A DNA stretch of 63,318 bases, filler included, from Octopus bimaculoides (lineage: Eukaryota), in NCBI RefSeq assembly GCF_001194135.2. It is 5 parts of 5 records of this genome, joined end to end, with 100 filler letters (N's around TTAATTAATTAA, not from the genome) between each part and the next. Parts side by side here need not be neighbours in the genome. Positions count along the whole stretch, not along the records: positions 32,804 to 48,057 come from NC_069005.1; positions 48,158 to 53,346 come from NC_069000.1; 3 more parts are not named here. One strand, 5' to 3'. Within the stretch, counting starts at the first letter, position 1, and each line of letters begins with the position of its first letter. The notes under the pieces are model-generated. The model had not been told where the DNA came from, ran no database searches, and saw nothing but the letters and a program-made list of their open reading frames with translations. The position numbers and the translations under genes were made by a program. Shown here in pieces: positions 38,487 to 52,672 of the stretch.

Positions 38487-38799
38487 TAGAAAGGTAATGA
38501 GGTCTGTTTCTAATTTACTTCACGAAAAAAAAAAGGACAGAATTGAAAAAGAAGAATTTTAGAAGAGAGGAAATATTGATGGCTGAGAAGGGAGAAATAG
38601 AATGAAGAAAGAAGATAAAATGAAGAAGGGGATAAAAAGATTTATAAACAGAAACACAGACGTACAGAAAATCTTGAGGGAGCGAACATATAACGTAAAA
38701 CAAAACTGGAGCAGATGTATGCTTGAATTTGTGTATGCATAGATGCGCGTGCGCGCGTGTCTGTGTGTGTGTGTGATAAAATACATATGTGTTAGTACT

Positions 38800-40265
38800 A
38801 GCCTTTTTTCTTCCGACTGACTTTTGGCAACGCCTATCTGCGCACATTCTGTTAAAATAAATCGGATCTGCGCAAACGAAAACAAACGGTGGCCATTATC
38901 ATGTAGCAGCAACAGTTCTGCTGTCCCAAATTATTTGGCAGGTGTCCAATTTAAGTGTCATTATGGGTCAGAAACGTGATCTTACCTTGAATGAGAAGTC
39001 TACCATTGTGTCAAAGCTTGGAAAAGGAAAAACAACCATAAAAATATCAAAAATACTGGGAAGAGATCATCAAACAGTGAAGAAATTTGTGTAATCTCTT
39101 ATTTCTGTCCGGTCGAGGGCAGATAAGGGCAAGTCGGGGGTTGCTTCGACTAGTACTTTGTCACGTGTGAAAAGGGAAGTTGTATGGAACTCATGTCTGA
39201 CAAGTGGAGAAGTCTTCTAACGTTGTGGCAGGGAAGACATATCGAAAACTACCAGGTATCGCCTTTTGAAGCAGGTAGCCAGGAATGTCAAACCTGTTAC
39301 AAGGTCCCCTCTGAAGGCTGTTCATAAGCAGAAAGGACTGAAATGGGCAGAGGAATACATGAAGATAAATTTTTCAACAGTTCTATTCACTGACGAATGC
39401 TGTGCTACACTTGACGGACCAGATGGTTGAAGAGAAGGTTGGCTTTTAATTAGCATGAACCGTCCTCATCGTTTGAGACGCCAACAGAGGAGAGGGGGGT
39501 CATTTTGGGGGCTGACATCGTTAGTGGTATGATGGTCGGGCCATGAAAAGTCCCAGATGGCATTAAGATGACAGTGAAAACATATGTTACCTTGTTAAAG
39601 GGCAATTTCCAGCCATGGTTCAAAAAGCAAAAGCTTTCATTCAAGAGAAAGCTGGTCTTCATGCATGATAATGCCCCGTCTCATGCAACGAATAATTCTA
39701 AGGAATACTTGCAGCAAACAGGCTTCTCTGGAGGTCGTTTGATGAAGTGGCCACCTTGTTCCCCTGACTTAAACCCGATCGAGAACCCGTGAAGAGTCCT
39801 GATGAGGTGCATTTACCAAGATGTACGGCAGTTTTCAAGTGAAGTTTCCCTCTGGGTTGCTATTGTAGATGCTGCTCAAAGCATGACACAAGAGGATATA
39901 ATCACCTTGACAAATTCAATGGATCAGCGCGTAAAGAAGGTTATTGTATGTGGAGGATCATACGTCAAACATTAGAAGCTGTATGACATCATAATCCCAT
40001 GATTATTTTCATTCAAACGTATTATTATGTTTACCATTAAGTCTTTTATGAATAATATCTTGTTAAACCTTCACTATTGAATTAAATAAACGTTTGTTCT
40101 GACACAATTATCATTTTTATTATACTTGCCTCACGGTGAAAATGTTGCCCAATCACAAAAAGGGCCGCTATTTATTGGCGTCTGCAAAGATCCGTTTGTT
40201 TTAACAGAATGTGCGCAGATGTTGCCAACACTCAGTGGGAAAATAACTGGTTTTGAACGAATATA
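38800..40265 (+). mobile_element. Decayed Tc1-like DD37E (TRT-like) transposon with TIRs
   Basis: MGQKRDLT.. from 38963; FTDE..TLDGPDGW, RRQQ, MHD-(37 aa)-E; perfect 22-bp inverted core at 38836-38857 / 40199-40220; several stops and frameshifts. Confidence 0.85.
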
Positions 40266-40415
40266 CATTTATTCATCGAGAGAAGGTTGATTTGGGACAC
40301 ATTGTATATATAGGTATATGTATGATTGCATACGTCGAAGCAGTGACATTACACAGAGAACATGCATTAACGCATATTTTGACATATGGATAAGGTACAT
40401 GCGCGCGCGCACACA

Positions 40416-40463
<48 letters not shown>

Positions 40464-40644
40464 TGCGCACAGATATATATTCATATATATATAAACATAC
40501 ATACAGATATATATATATATATATATATACATATATATANNNNNNNNNNNNNNNNNNNNNNNNNNNNNNNNNNNNTATATATATATATATATATATTGTT
40601 GTACTTGGGGATGGTCATATACATATATACATATACTCTATTTA

Positions 40645-41037
40645 TTTTTTTCAGTCATTTGACTGCGGCCATGCTGGAGCACCACCTTTAGTCGAGCAAA
40701 TTGACCCAGGACTTATTCTTTGGAAGCCTAGTACTTATTCTATCGTTCTCTTTTGCCGAACCGCTAAGTTACGGGGACGTAAACACTCCACTATCGGTTG
40801 TCAAGCGATATTGGGAGAACAAACACAGACACACAAACATATACACACATACATATATATATATACATATATTCGACAGGATTCTTTCAGTTTCCGTCTA
40901 CCAAATCCACTCACACGGCTTTGGTCAACCCGAGGCTATAGTAGAAGACACTTGCCCAAGGAGCCACGCATTGGCACTGAACCCGGAATCATGTGGTTGA
41001 TAGGCAAGCTACTTACCACACAGCCACTCCTGCGCCC
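40645..41037 (-). mobile_element. SINE family C, near full length
   Basis: tRNA-like head gcaggagtggctgtgtggtaag, CORE-like CCTTGGGCAAGTG, internal microsatellite, 3' ggtgctccagcatggccgcag. Confidence 0.85.
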
Positions 41038-41499
41038 TGTATATATATATATATTTGAAAATATGTATGCATACGCGACTGCACGCGCGCGTGTGTACTT
41101 CTGTGTGTTGTGTATACTGTGTGCTGTGTATGTGGATTGTGAGAAAAAGAGGAGCGAAGTGACAAGTGTACGAGTCGTAGCGTTAAACAATGGGAAACAT
41201 TATTAATCAGAGTTTAGGTTAATATGTGCTGAGATGCCTCCAGCTTGTCTGTCTCAGCAGATCATCGCACTAATATGTCGAAAATGCACGGGAGCGAGGT
41301 TGCATGAAGAGAGATGCCACTGGATGTAGCTGCATGTGTGCATCTATGTATGCATGCATGTATGTATGCATATGTGTATGTGTATGTATGTATAAATATA
41401 TACACTTGCAGTTATGTATGTACATGTTTATATTTCTTATATAGACACGCACACACTCACACACACGTACACACACACATACACACATATATATTATAT

Positions 41500-41586
<87 letters not shown>

Positions 41587-41596
41587 NNNNNNNNNN

Positions 41597-41630
<34 letters not shown>

Positions 41631-41730
41631 TGTAAACGTGAATACGACTGTATGTGTATAATTCGTATTGTACATATATGCAGATATATATATATTTACA
41701 TACTTTCATGCATATGCATATGTTTATATG

Positions 41731-41781
<51 letters not shown>

Positions 41782-42344
41782 ATGCGTGCGTGCGTGCGTG
41801 CGTATGCATGTATACATATGTAAAGATATATAATTATACACATACACGCACACTCATGTTCAAATGCGAGTCACATGTTTAGTTTTGTTTGCTCTTTAGT
41901 TGTATACTTTTTTCTTTTTATTTCTGTGATGCTGTAAAATGAAAGCTGCAACGTTGTGAGAGATGAAAGAGAAAGAAAGAATTGTATTATAATGTGGATT
42001 AATTAAATAGATATGCAGACATGTAGAAGATTGAATGTGTGTGAGTCAACAATTTGACAGACAGGCAGTCATGCGAGTGGAAAGTTAAATATTAGAAGAG
42101 ATGGTAAAAGAGAGAGAGGGAAGGAGATAGGGTGGTTAAGAACAAAGAGCTTGAAAGCAGACAGGAAATAGGTCTACAATAGAGTGGGAGAACCAGTGAG
42201 GGAATGGGGGTGAATGAATAATAGGAAGAATGTTAAAGATAGGACGTGAGAAATTTGTACATGATATCAGTGTGTGTAGGTGTGTGTGTGTGTATGTGTG
42301 TACATGTATATATATACATTTATATATAATATATATATATATAT

Positions 42345-42394
<50 letters not shown>

Positions 42395-42537
42395 TTCCAA
42401 AACGTTGGTAACTTTTCTACTGTCGGCGAAAGACTTTAAGAAACTTTCAGCTGTATCAATATGTGCATATTTTGACATTCTTCCGTTGCAAACAAGCACT
42501 AATCTGTTTCTATTCTTTTTATACATTACTCAATATA

Positions 42538-42591
<54 letters not shown>

Positions 42592-43609
42592 TGTTTATTC
42601 AATACCATGGAGGATAAGTGGTAGGATTAGAATGTTAACATTCAGATAAAAAGAACATGATATATTCTCTCTTAAATATATCGAAAAGAGAAAGGTATGT
42701 TGGGAATATGGGAATAGAGATTTAGATAATATAGAATAAATGAACTAAAAAATGAAAAAGTGAACAATTTATAAAATAACTGGAAATTTTGGTGGCCCAA
42801 GTGTGCTCAAAAAGAATTCTAGAGTCGTTTCATTGTAAAAGATATGTAGGCACTTATATTGTGTACTCAACGACTGGTCATATTAGAATAGTCGCTTAAA
42901 ATCACACTTGGTTTATGCTGGTCTTGAAATCGAAGGCCTGTCGGTGAATCGAACGTTAGTTTCGAACCACAGATGGTTTTTACTTAATATATTTCCTTAC
43001 ATGAGATATATTTAGTTTGTTATGGTATGGAAAGGGCTGCCTATGTTTTGACCTAAATGCAGAAGTCCGCTAATCGAGGCCACTAAGTGAGTCAAATGTT
43101 TTAGTTTAGTTTCCACCTGCTGTAGGATTTAATATATATATTACCTTCTATGCAGGCTAGCGGCATGTATTTTCAAGAAATGGTATAGAAGAAAATTATC
43201 GATGTCTGTTATTAGCTTATTAGCCGAAAGAGCTTAGGAGAACGAAATTGTATTGCAAGACAGTATCGAATCTCCAGGTGGTTAGCGTTTTATATTGGCT
43301 AATAAAAGGCAACACAAAGATATAAATATATATGAAAAAAAAAATAATAATCGGAAAATACAACTCGAAATTCGTTTATCTATCATCTAGCAAATTTATA
43401 GCAGGATTTCCTCCGGTATCTATTTATTCATAACACTTTGATCCCTGTTATTAACCAGCATACAACGCCTGCCACCTGGCGCTTTATTGCCGCCTTTCAA
43501 TATAATTTTATTTTCTTAAGGTCTTGCAGCAGATAACGTAATAACTTTCTTTAATAATTTTTCTTCTGTGTCACTTCTTGAAATATATATTGCTAAATCG
43601 ATACAGCAA

Positions 43610-44240
43610 GCTACATAGGAAATATGTATTAATTAAAACCTTCATAGTTCGAAACTAAAGCTCGATCCACAACTGGCATTCGATGATTATAAGATCTACA
43701 AACCTGAAGAAGAACGAGACACTTTGCATACTCTAACTATTTGAATGAATCACATATAGAGAATATATTAATTAAATCCTACGATTGTACAGAACTTATA
43801 GATATCTTAGCGACTGGCATTCGATAACAAGACGCATACAATCGAAAGAGAACTTGAGAGACCCTTTCCATACCCTAAGTACCTGAATAAATCTCATATA
43901 GAGAATATATTAAATCATTCTGTTGTACGAAACTTAAGTATGTTCTACAAACAGGAATCTGTTAACGAGATTAACATAACCGAGGACTAACATAAGCGAT
44001 CGTTTTCATACCCTAACTACCTGAGTCTTATATAGAGAATATCTTACGTAAATCATTATTTTGTACGAAAATTACTACGCCCTAACGAGTGGAATATGTT
44101 AATGAGATGAACATCACCAAGGAATAACCTAAGCGACCCTTTTCATTCCCTAACCACATGACTAATGCTCATATAGGGATTTTATTAATTAAATCCTAAT
44201 CTTGTGCATAACCTACGCATGACCTTTCAACTGAAATCTG
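43610..44240. repeat. Diverged ~141-bp tandem repeat, ~4.5 units
   Basis: catatag.gaat anchors at 43612, 43753, 43895, 44029, 44170. Confidence 0.75.
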
Positions 44241-44362
44241 TTAATATAACAAAGCGTATTTCCTATATATCTGATTAGAAGTCGAAAGTGAGTTGTAGTT
44301 ACACCTAATACGATAGTAAACAAGAATGTACCTGCAGATAATTGCCATCATCATCATCATCA

Positions 44363-44422
<60 letters not shown>

Positions 44423-44424
<2 letters not shown>

Positions 44425-44574
44425 TCGTCCGTCTTTACGTTCTGAGTTCAAATTCCACTCAGGCTCACATTGCCTTTCAGGGTCGATAAAAGAAGTACCA
44501 GTTGAATACTGGAATCGATGTAATCGACTTAATCCTTACTCCGAAACTGCTGGCCTTGTACTAAAATTTGAAAC

Positions 44575-44580
<6 letters not shown>
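44423..44580 (+). mobile_element. SINE family A, 5'-truncated
   Basis: B-box gagttcaaattcc plus family body and tail. Confidence 0.75.
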
Positions 44581-44635
<55 letters not shown>

Positions 44636-44764
44636 GTTGTTGTTGTTGTTGTTGTTATTATTATCATTATGTGAGAGAGCAGTGCATGCCATCAAAGTGA
44701 CACTGGGGTAAAATATACGAAACCCATTATACCCATCATGACTACCCGTCTGATAAGGGTGTAG

Positions 44765-45595
44765 TCTTATTTTCATCGCGTGCTTTCACTGCACTACCGA
44801 GCATAGCTCTGTATGCTTTGGGTATGTGCTGTGGTTTGCTGTCATGCTCTTATGGTTATTGTATTGAAAGGGTTTTACGATTGCCAGTACAATCTTTTGG
44901 ATTTTTCTGAGACGTGGTTCTCCTGGGATATTATCTAAATGTTTCTGACATCCCTTTCTTATCATACCTAGGGTACCCATAATAACAGGAACATTTCTCG
45001 CTTTAAGATGCCACATATTTTGTATTTCAATTTTCAGGTCCTTATATTTACTTAATCTGTTAAATACTTTTACAGATATATTTTTATCAGTGGCATCACT
45101 TGCACCTATTAGTCTACAAGTATTGTCTTCTCTATCTTTAATGACAATGTCTGGTTGATTAGCGTGGATCGTTCTGTCAGTGTTGACTAGGAAATCCCAG
45201 AGGATAGTGACATTTTTACCTTCGACGACTGGCTCAGGATAATGTTCATACCAGTAAGGAGTGTTGATTTTGTAGTCTTTACATATTTTCCAATGTAAAT
45301 ACTGTCCTACTCTATCGTGGCAATTTTTGTATTCGTTTGGTGTCAGCTCAGGACATTCCGTGACGAGATGGTTTATTGTTTCATCAAGTGTATCGCAGAA
45401 TCTGCTTTTAAGGTGAGAACCATTTTGAAGAACGTTAGCCTGGCAGTTTTTGGTAAGCAAGCTTTGGTCTTGTGTCGCCAATATAAAACTTTTAGTCTCT
45501 GTTTTCAGTTTCGAGTTTCTCAGCCACTGATAGGTTGTTACTTGGTCTATATCAGCATTTCGGCTTCGAAGTATATCCTGTCCAATCTAACAGCA
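44765..45595 (-). mobile_element. R4/Dong-type LINE 3' part (CCHC zinc knuckle + RLE)
   Basis: ATQDQ...FCD...ET.NHL...C...HDRVG.YLHW.IC...TILWD..NTDR.I.AN.PDI. Confidence 0.9.
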
Positions 45596-45671
45596 TCAAA
45601 CAAGGCATCTTTCAAGGTGACTCCCTCCCCCCATTACTCTCTTGCATGGCTCTGATTCCACTCTCAAATGA

Positions 45672-46270
45672 ATGGGTAACACTAGGTATGGGTTCAAAAT
45701 GAATATTGTTATAATAAATCATCTGTTTTATACGAACGACCTGAAGCTGTTTGCTAGAAATGATGCAGAGCTAGTACGGCGGTTAACAACTGTTCAAAAG
45801 TTCAACAATGACATCGGGATGGATTTTGGCCTTGATAAGTGTGCTAAAGCAACTTTTGTAATGGGCAAGCTCATTCAAACGGCTTCCATTAAAGGAGCTT
45901 GACCCACAAGAAAGCTATAAATACCAGGGGATAAATGGAGATGGTATACAACATGCTTCTATGAAGAAAAAAATACGAAGGGAGTATTACAGAAAAATAC
46001 AACTCATACAAAAATTTGAACTCAACTCCAAAAATGGTGTCGAAGTCATTAACATCCTGGCACTTCCAGTAGTCCAATACAGTTTTAACATCATTAACTG
46101 GAATCTTACAGAGCTCCAACGCTTGGACAGGAAAACAAGAAATCTACTAACATCTTAGAACATGCACCACCCAAAAGCAGACGTTGATCGCCTGTACCTA
46201 CCTAGAAGTGATGGGGTAGGAGGAATGATACAGGGAGAATTGTGCTATAAGACCGCGACATTAAGATTGA
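45672..46270 (+). mobile_element. R4/Dong-type LINE RT C-terminal fragment
   Basis: NHLFYTNDLKLFA, GMDFGLDKCAK, MHHPKADVDRLYLPR..G..GMIQ. Confidence 0.85.
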
Positions 46271-46287
46271 ACAAGTTATTATTGTTA

Positions 46288-46329
<42 letters not shown>

Positions 46330-46334
<5 letters not shown>

Positions 46335-48057
46335 GTTCAGTAGTTTTATTTTTATAACGTGCTTACACTTCACTACCGAGCGCAGCTCTGTGTGCCTTGG
46401 GTATGTGCTGTGATTTGCTGTGATGCTCTTATGGTTACTGTATTGAAAGTGTTTTGCGTAGAATGTGTGCAGTACCCAGTAGTGCAATTTTCTGTATGTT
46501 ATATATATTTGTAAGTCCTGGTGTTTTTGTTATGTATTTGTCTGAATATTTTTTTATTATACCTAAGGCACCTACTATGATAGGAATTNNNNNNNNNNNN
46601 NNNNNNNNNNNNNNNNNNNNNNNNNNNNNNNNNNNNNNNNNNNNNNNNNNNNNNNNNNNNNNNNNNNNNNNNNNNNNNNNNNNNNNNNNNNNNNNNNNNN
46701 NNNNNNNNNNNNNNNNNNNNNNNNNNNNNNNNNNNNNNNNNNNNNNNNNNNNNNNNNNNNNNNNNNNNNNNNNNNNNNNNNNNNNNNNNNNNNNNNNNNN
46801 NNNNNNNNNNNNNNNNNNNNNNNNNNNNNNNNNNNNNNNNNNNNNNNNNNNNNNNNNNNNNNNNNNNNNNNNNNNNNNNNNNNNNNNNNNNNNNNNNNNN
46901 NNNNNNNNNNNNNNNNNNNNNNNNNNNNNNNNNNNNNNNNNNNNNNNNNNNNNNNNNNNNNNCCAGAGATAATATGATTTATTGTTTCTTGTCCATCTCC
47001 ACATATTCTACAGTTACTTGTTATGTTTCTTTTCATTATATGTTATTGGTAATTTCTGGTGGGGAGGCTTTGGTCTTGTGCAGCAATTAAAAATCCTTCA
47101 GTTTCTGCTTTGAGTCCTGAGCTTCTCAACCATTGCTAGGATTTTTCTCTGTCTATTTCTTTTGCATTTAGTTTAGCCCAGTATTTACTATGTAGGGGCT
47201 TTTTTTGCCATCGTTTTATCATGGTCTGTTGCTGTTCTAATTTTAGTTTGGATTTCATTTGTTTTATAGCTTTTGTTGTTTCTTGTTCTTCTTCTTCGTA
47301 TTTGTTAGGTAGTATGATTTCTTGTTTGTATTTGTCAGCTTCCTTAAATACTGTAAACAGCTTTTGTTATGCTTGTGTTTTGTGGCTATTTGTATTAGTT
47401 TTCCTTGCTTCTGAAGTAGGTATTTTTGCAGTCCTATGGTGGTTATTTTATAATAGTTTTCCAGCTGTATGAGGCCTCTACCACCTTCTATACGTTGAAT
47501 ATATAGCCTTTCTATGTCAGATTTTGGGTGGTGCATCCTATATCGTGTCATTATTTTTCTTGTTTTCCTGTCTATTTTAGATAGTTCGTTTAGTGTCCAG
47601 TTAAGGATATTGTAGATGTAACTTATAACTGAAACGGCTAAAGTGGATCTAACTCGTCTATAGTATTCTTTCTTTATTTTCTCTTTCATTTGTGTGTGCT
47701 GTATCCTATCTAGTTCATTGATTCCTAAATATTTGTATGTCTGGTTTTGGTCTAATTCTCTTATTTCATTGGCTTTGCCATGGTGTGATGTTACTACTCT
47801 TAACCTGTTTTCCTCTTTTCAAGGTTGCATTGGCACATTTTTCTAATCCAAATTTCATATCTATTTCTTTGGTAAATCCATGTACTGTCTGTAGTAATGT
47901 TTCCAGCTCTTTATCATTTCTAGTGTATAATTTTAGGTCATCCCTATATAAAAGGTAGCTGATTGTTTTGCCGTAACATTTGTATCCGCATCCAGTTCTG
48001 TTTAGCATGTCAGATAAAAGTGTCAGTGCCAAGCAGAAAAGGCGTGGAGAGAGCGTG
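46330..48057 (-). mobile_element. R4/Dong-type LINE, RT end to 3' tail (contains an N gap)
   Basis: LLYRDDLKLY, KFGLEKC, MHHPKSDIERLY...GGRGLIQLE, CRICG...ETINHII, ILRKTLSIQ*, tail. Confidence 0.9.
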
Positions 48058-48367
48058 NNNNNNNNNNNNNNNNNNNNNNNNNNNNNNNNNNNNNNNNNNN
48101 NTTAATTAATTAANNNNNNNNNNNNNNNNNNNNNNNNNNNNNNNNNNNNNNNNNNNNGTGTGTATTTCTATATACAGACATAGATCTACACATAAATGTT
48201 TATATGCATGCAAACATAACAAATACATGTAGACACAGTCACACACGCACATATACATACACACTCACATACTCACCCACTCTAACATATGTATATATTT
48301 ACGTCAAAGTACGTGCTTGTGTACGTGTGCCCGTGTGTTACATTTCTATATACACAAAGACATCTTT

Positions 48368-48409
<42 letters not shown>

Positions 48410-48441
48410 GTCTGTATATATGTGTGTCTATATATATGTAA

Positions 48442-48550
<109 letters not shown>

Positions 48551-49307
48551 TATATATCCTATCATGTATATTTTCTATTTTTAAGTGAAAGATGCAAAAG
48601 AAATTGATCAGATATACGAGGGGAAAGTAAGTTTATTAACGAGTCTATATTGACGGAGTAAAGGAAATAATTAAAAAGTGTACAACTTCAAAACACATAA
48701 ATAAGAAAAACAAACACTCAAATAAAAATACCAAAAACAAAAATCCAACATAAAAAGAGCGAAAAAAAAAAAGACATCATAAAACAAGTAAGATCGCGCG
48801 AAGATTGAAACGAATGAAAACACACCGTATGATTGATATACAAAAGAAATTCTGAAATGAACATAAATGAAAGATGGAAGATTGGAAAATATAAAGAATA
48901 CAGACTCCATCCAGACAATAATGTACATCTTGATCAGAAGAAAGAACACCACGATAGACCATGAGGAAAATCAATATTATTATTAATACTATTGATGGTA
49001 ATAATACTTAAAACTGTTATTATTAATAATAATCAGAAATATGATAATGTGTAGTTTTGCTCCCAGTTTGTTTTTATTATGATTTTATGATTTTATGCTT
49101 TACGGTTTTTCTTTGTGAAAACGGAAATGGAGCTTAGCAGAAAGGAAATTGCAAAATGAAATAATCTCACAGAACATTGATGTGCTCGATGACAAATATA
49201 TTTGTGCTATGTGCATATATGTAAATAGTATATCCATACGTACACACACACACACAAATTTATATATACATATACATAATTTTATACATACATGTGTGAG
49301 CAGATTT

Positions 49308-49355
<48 letters not shown>

Positions 49356-49940
49356 CTTTCTACACCACCTGTCTTCATCTGTTGTGGTTTATATACTGTC
49401 ATATACTGCTGTGTATGTATATATATATATATATACATACATACATATATATGTATATATTTATATATATGTACATACATATGTACACATAGTTACTTAC
49501 ATTTACATATATGTCTATGTATGTATGTAAGTATGTATGTATGTATCTATCTATCCATCTATCTATCTATCTGTGTGTGTACATGCGTTAGAGTTACAGA
49601 AATACATAACAAAAATTACAACAGAGTAGATCCTGCTAAATGCAACAAAACTTAAGATGTTTGCGCAATCCAGACGAAGATTTAATTCTGCCACCCACGT
49701 ATGCCACAACGGGATTTGAACTCGGATCACAGAGATCTTGGACAACAACTTCTAGGCATCCAGTTTGATGGACGCAACTCAGCTGAAGACACACATGTAT
49801 ACAACCATTGTTCAATCACGTTAATGCAATTATGTATTTAATACATGAAACAATCAGCAATTACCAGCTGGTAATGATGCGCTGAAACAATTGTTGGGAT
49901 TTGTAAAAACGCCTGTTGAATCCATTTTTTTGAATTAAAA

Positions 49941-49994
<54 letters not shown>

Positions 49995-50455
49995 GTTACA
50001 ATTAACTTTAACATATGAAAAGATTTAAAATGAAATAGTCATATATTTAAATCAAAAGAAATCCTGCAACAAAGATTATTAGAAATAAATCTTAGAAAGA
50101 AACAATAATTCCCATCATAGTTCATTGAAAGGCAATACTGACTGGTAACAAAACACTTCCAGAAAATGAATAAGTGTAAAATAATGAGACGAAGAGCAAA
50201 TTGACAAAAGAGACGTCTTGAAGACGTACAACGAAAATACAAGTGAGAAAAATGAAAAAATTTTCATTGTATATCACTTAAAATACAACGAGCCTGAAAG
50301 AATCGGAGCAAAAATGATTCATTAAGCTGCGTAGCCCAAATAATTTGATAGAAATCTCCATAGACAATGGTGTCAATTTGTTGAATGCATTTTAAAATCT
50401 ATTACGTAATGCACTGAAATGAATAGCGTGTTCGACAATGACATGTAAAGTTATG

Positions 50456-50508
50456 CAACACAACGAAAGATCAACACAACGAAAGATCAACACAACGAAA
50501 GATCAACA
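50456..50508. repeat. 16-bp perfect tandem repeat x3
   Basis: (caacacaacgaaagat)3. Confidence 0.9.
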
Positions 50509-50671
50509 TGGTGCACATTTTCAATTGTAATTAGACTTTCATTACGGTTGTTGTAAGCAGATGAAAAGTAAATATTTGAATACCTAGAAAAATGAATTTA
50601 CTTGAATGCAACTGAATTTCATAATTTACCCTTGGACACTTTATCATTCCCCCACTGCGCAATATATATGC

Positions 50672-50730
<59 letters not shown>

Positions 50731-51640
50731 TACACAGAGGCATACACAGACATACACAAGCACATACACATATATATATAAATATAACGTACATGCATAG
50801 ATATATACATATATTCATATATATATATATGAATATATGTGTATGTATATATATATATGAATTTATACATACACACATGAGCATATATATATATATATAT
50901 ATATATACATACAAACATCCATGCTTACATACATACATACATACATACACAAGTACATCGTATATCATCAACGATGAATTAGAAAATAATAGGAGGAACC
51001 AGTTAAAAGATATTTCGCATACAACCGGAAGTGCTATTAATAGATAAGAAAATAGGAAATTTTGAAGCGAAAAAAAAATTAAGTAAAAAACCATAAAAAA
51101 ACTATAGAATTAACAACAACAGCAACAACAACAGTCCAATAAGTTGATATAAAAGACTTTCATATATTTCCTATTATCTTTGAAGTGACATTACATGAAA
51201 GAAAATCATTTATAATTTCAAACAAGATACTACAAGATTTTTGGAGATTTTCTAAGATGGCTGACAGCTTACGACTTGAAACCATAGAGAAAATAATAAG
51301 TGGTTTAGAATATGACGGTATGGAAACGAAGATATTGTTTCCATCACACAAACTTGGCGTCGCTAAATTCTGAAGAATTTCGTTGATTATCGTTCCTTTT
51401 CAATTGGAACAAATGACAACGTCTGAAATATTCATGACATTGCCACCTAGGTTTTTCGCACAATACAACCTTGATCAAGAAAGGTAGCAGAAAAAAAAAT
51501 ATATAACTTGAAATTTAAATATATTTATTATGATGTTTGGTATGAATACAACGGACACTATGATTTTCGTCTTGGTTGTTGTGGAGTCTTACAGGATAGA
51601 TTTGAAATAGAAGAGTTGATGAGAATGTATTGTTAATGTG

Positions 51641-51699
<59 letters not shown>

Positions 51700-52157
51700 C
51701 ATACATACATACATATATATATACACACATATATATATATGTATCTATATAAATATATATGTACATATATATATGTGCGTGTGTATTTGTAGTATGTGCA
51801 TGTATATGCCTGCATATCTATGTGTATATATATATTATATAGGAAATACAAAATGGGACAAGAACGTAAAACAGCCAGACAGTTAGGTGATACAAAAAAG
51901 GACAACAGAACATCCAGATAGACGATACAAAGAAAACAAGGACGGGTCATTCGGAGTTTTCTTTCCTCAGTCGAGTTCCAGATTATCTTTGCAATTTCGG
52001 CTGGTTATACTCGAGATTGTTCCAATCTGGTCAGCCCTAAGGAAAAACTAAGCTAAGAACACTAAATTCCTTGGAAGAAAGCGGCGAATGTACGAAAACA
52101 AGGACGGAAAAGAACGGAGAATGATACACAAATGCCAATAACAAAAGATAACAACTT

Positions 52158-52296
52158 TCAATACAGTAACCACAAGAACATCACAGCAAACCACAGCAAA
52201 CCACAGCACATACCCAAGGCACACAGAGCTGCGCACAGTAACGAAGTGAAAGCACGCTATAAAAACAAAACTACTAAATAATAATAATAATAATAA
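52158..52296 (+). mobile_element. Solo R4/Dong 3' tail
   Basis: ctttcaatacagtaacc...gaaagcacgctataaaaac...(TAA)n. Confidence 0.75.
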
Positions 52297-52306
52297 TCTT
52301 TTGTAA

Positions 52307-52513
52307 TCTAGGCACAAGGCTTGAAATTTTTGGGGAGGGGATCAGTCGATTATATCAACTCCAGTACGTAACTTGTACTTAATTTATCGACCCCCGAAAG
52401 GATGAAAGGCAAAGTCGACCTCGGAGGAATTTGAACTCAGAACATAAAGACAGACGAAATACCGCTAAGCATTTCGCCCGGCGTACAAACGTTTCTGCCA
52501 GCACGATGCCTTA
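52307..52513 (-). mobile_element. SINE family A, well conserved full-length copy
   Basis: Head to tail present, CpGs retained. Confidence 0.85.
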
Positions 52514-52515
52514 TT

Positions 52516-52608
<93 letters not shown>

Positions 52609-52636
52609 ATAATAATCTTCATCATCAACACCTGCG

Positions 52637-52672
<36 letters not shown>

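Noticed and set aside
36118-42251. CSL/Su(H) sites CGTGAGAA at 36118 and 42244
   Set aside because: Isolated, unpaired, beyond scaffold joins and near repeats; no support for function.
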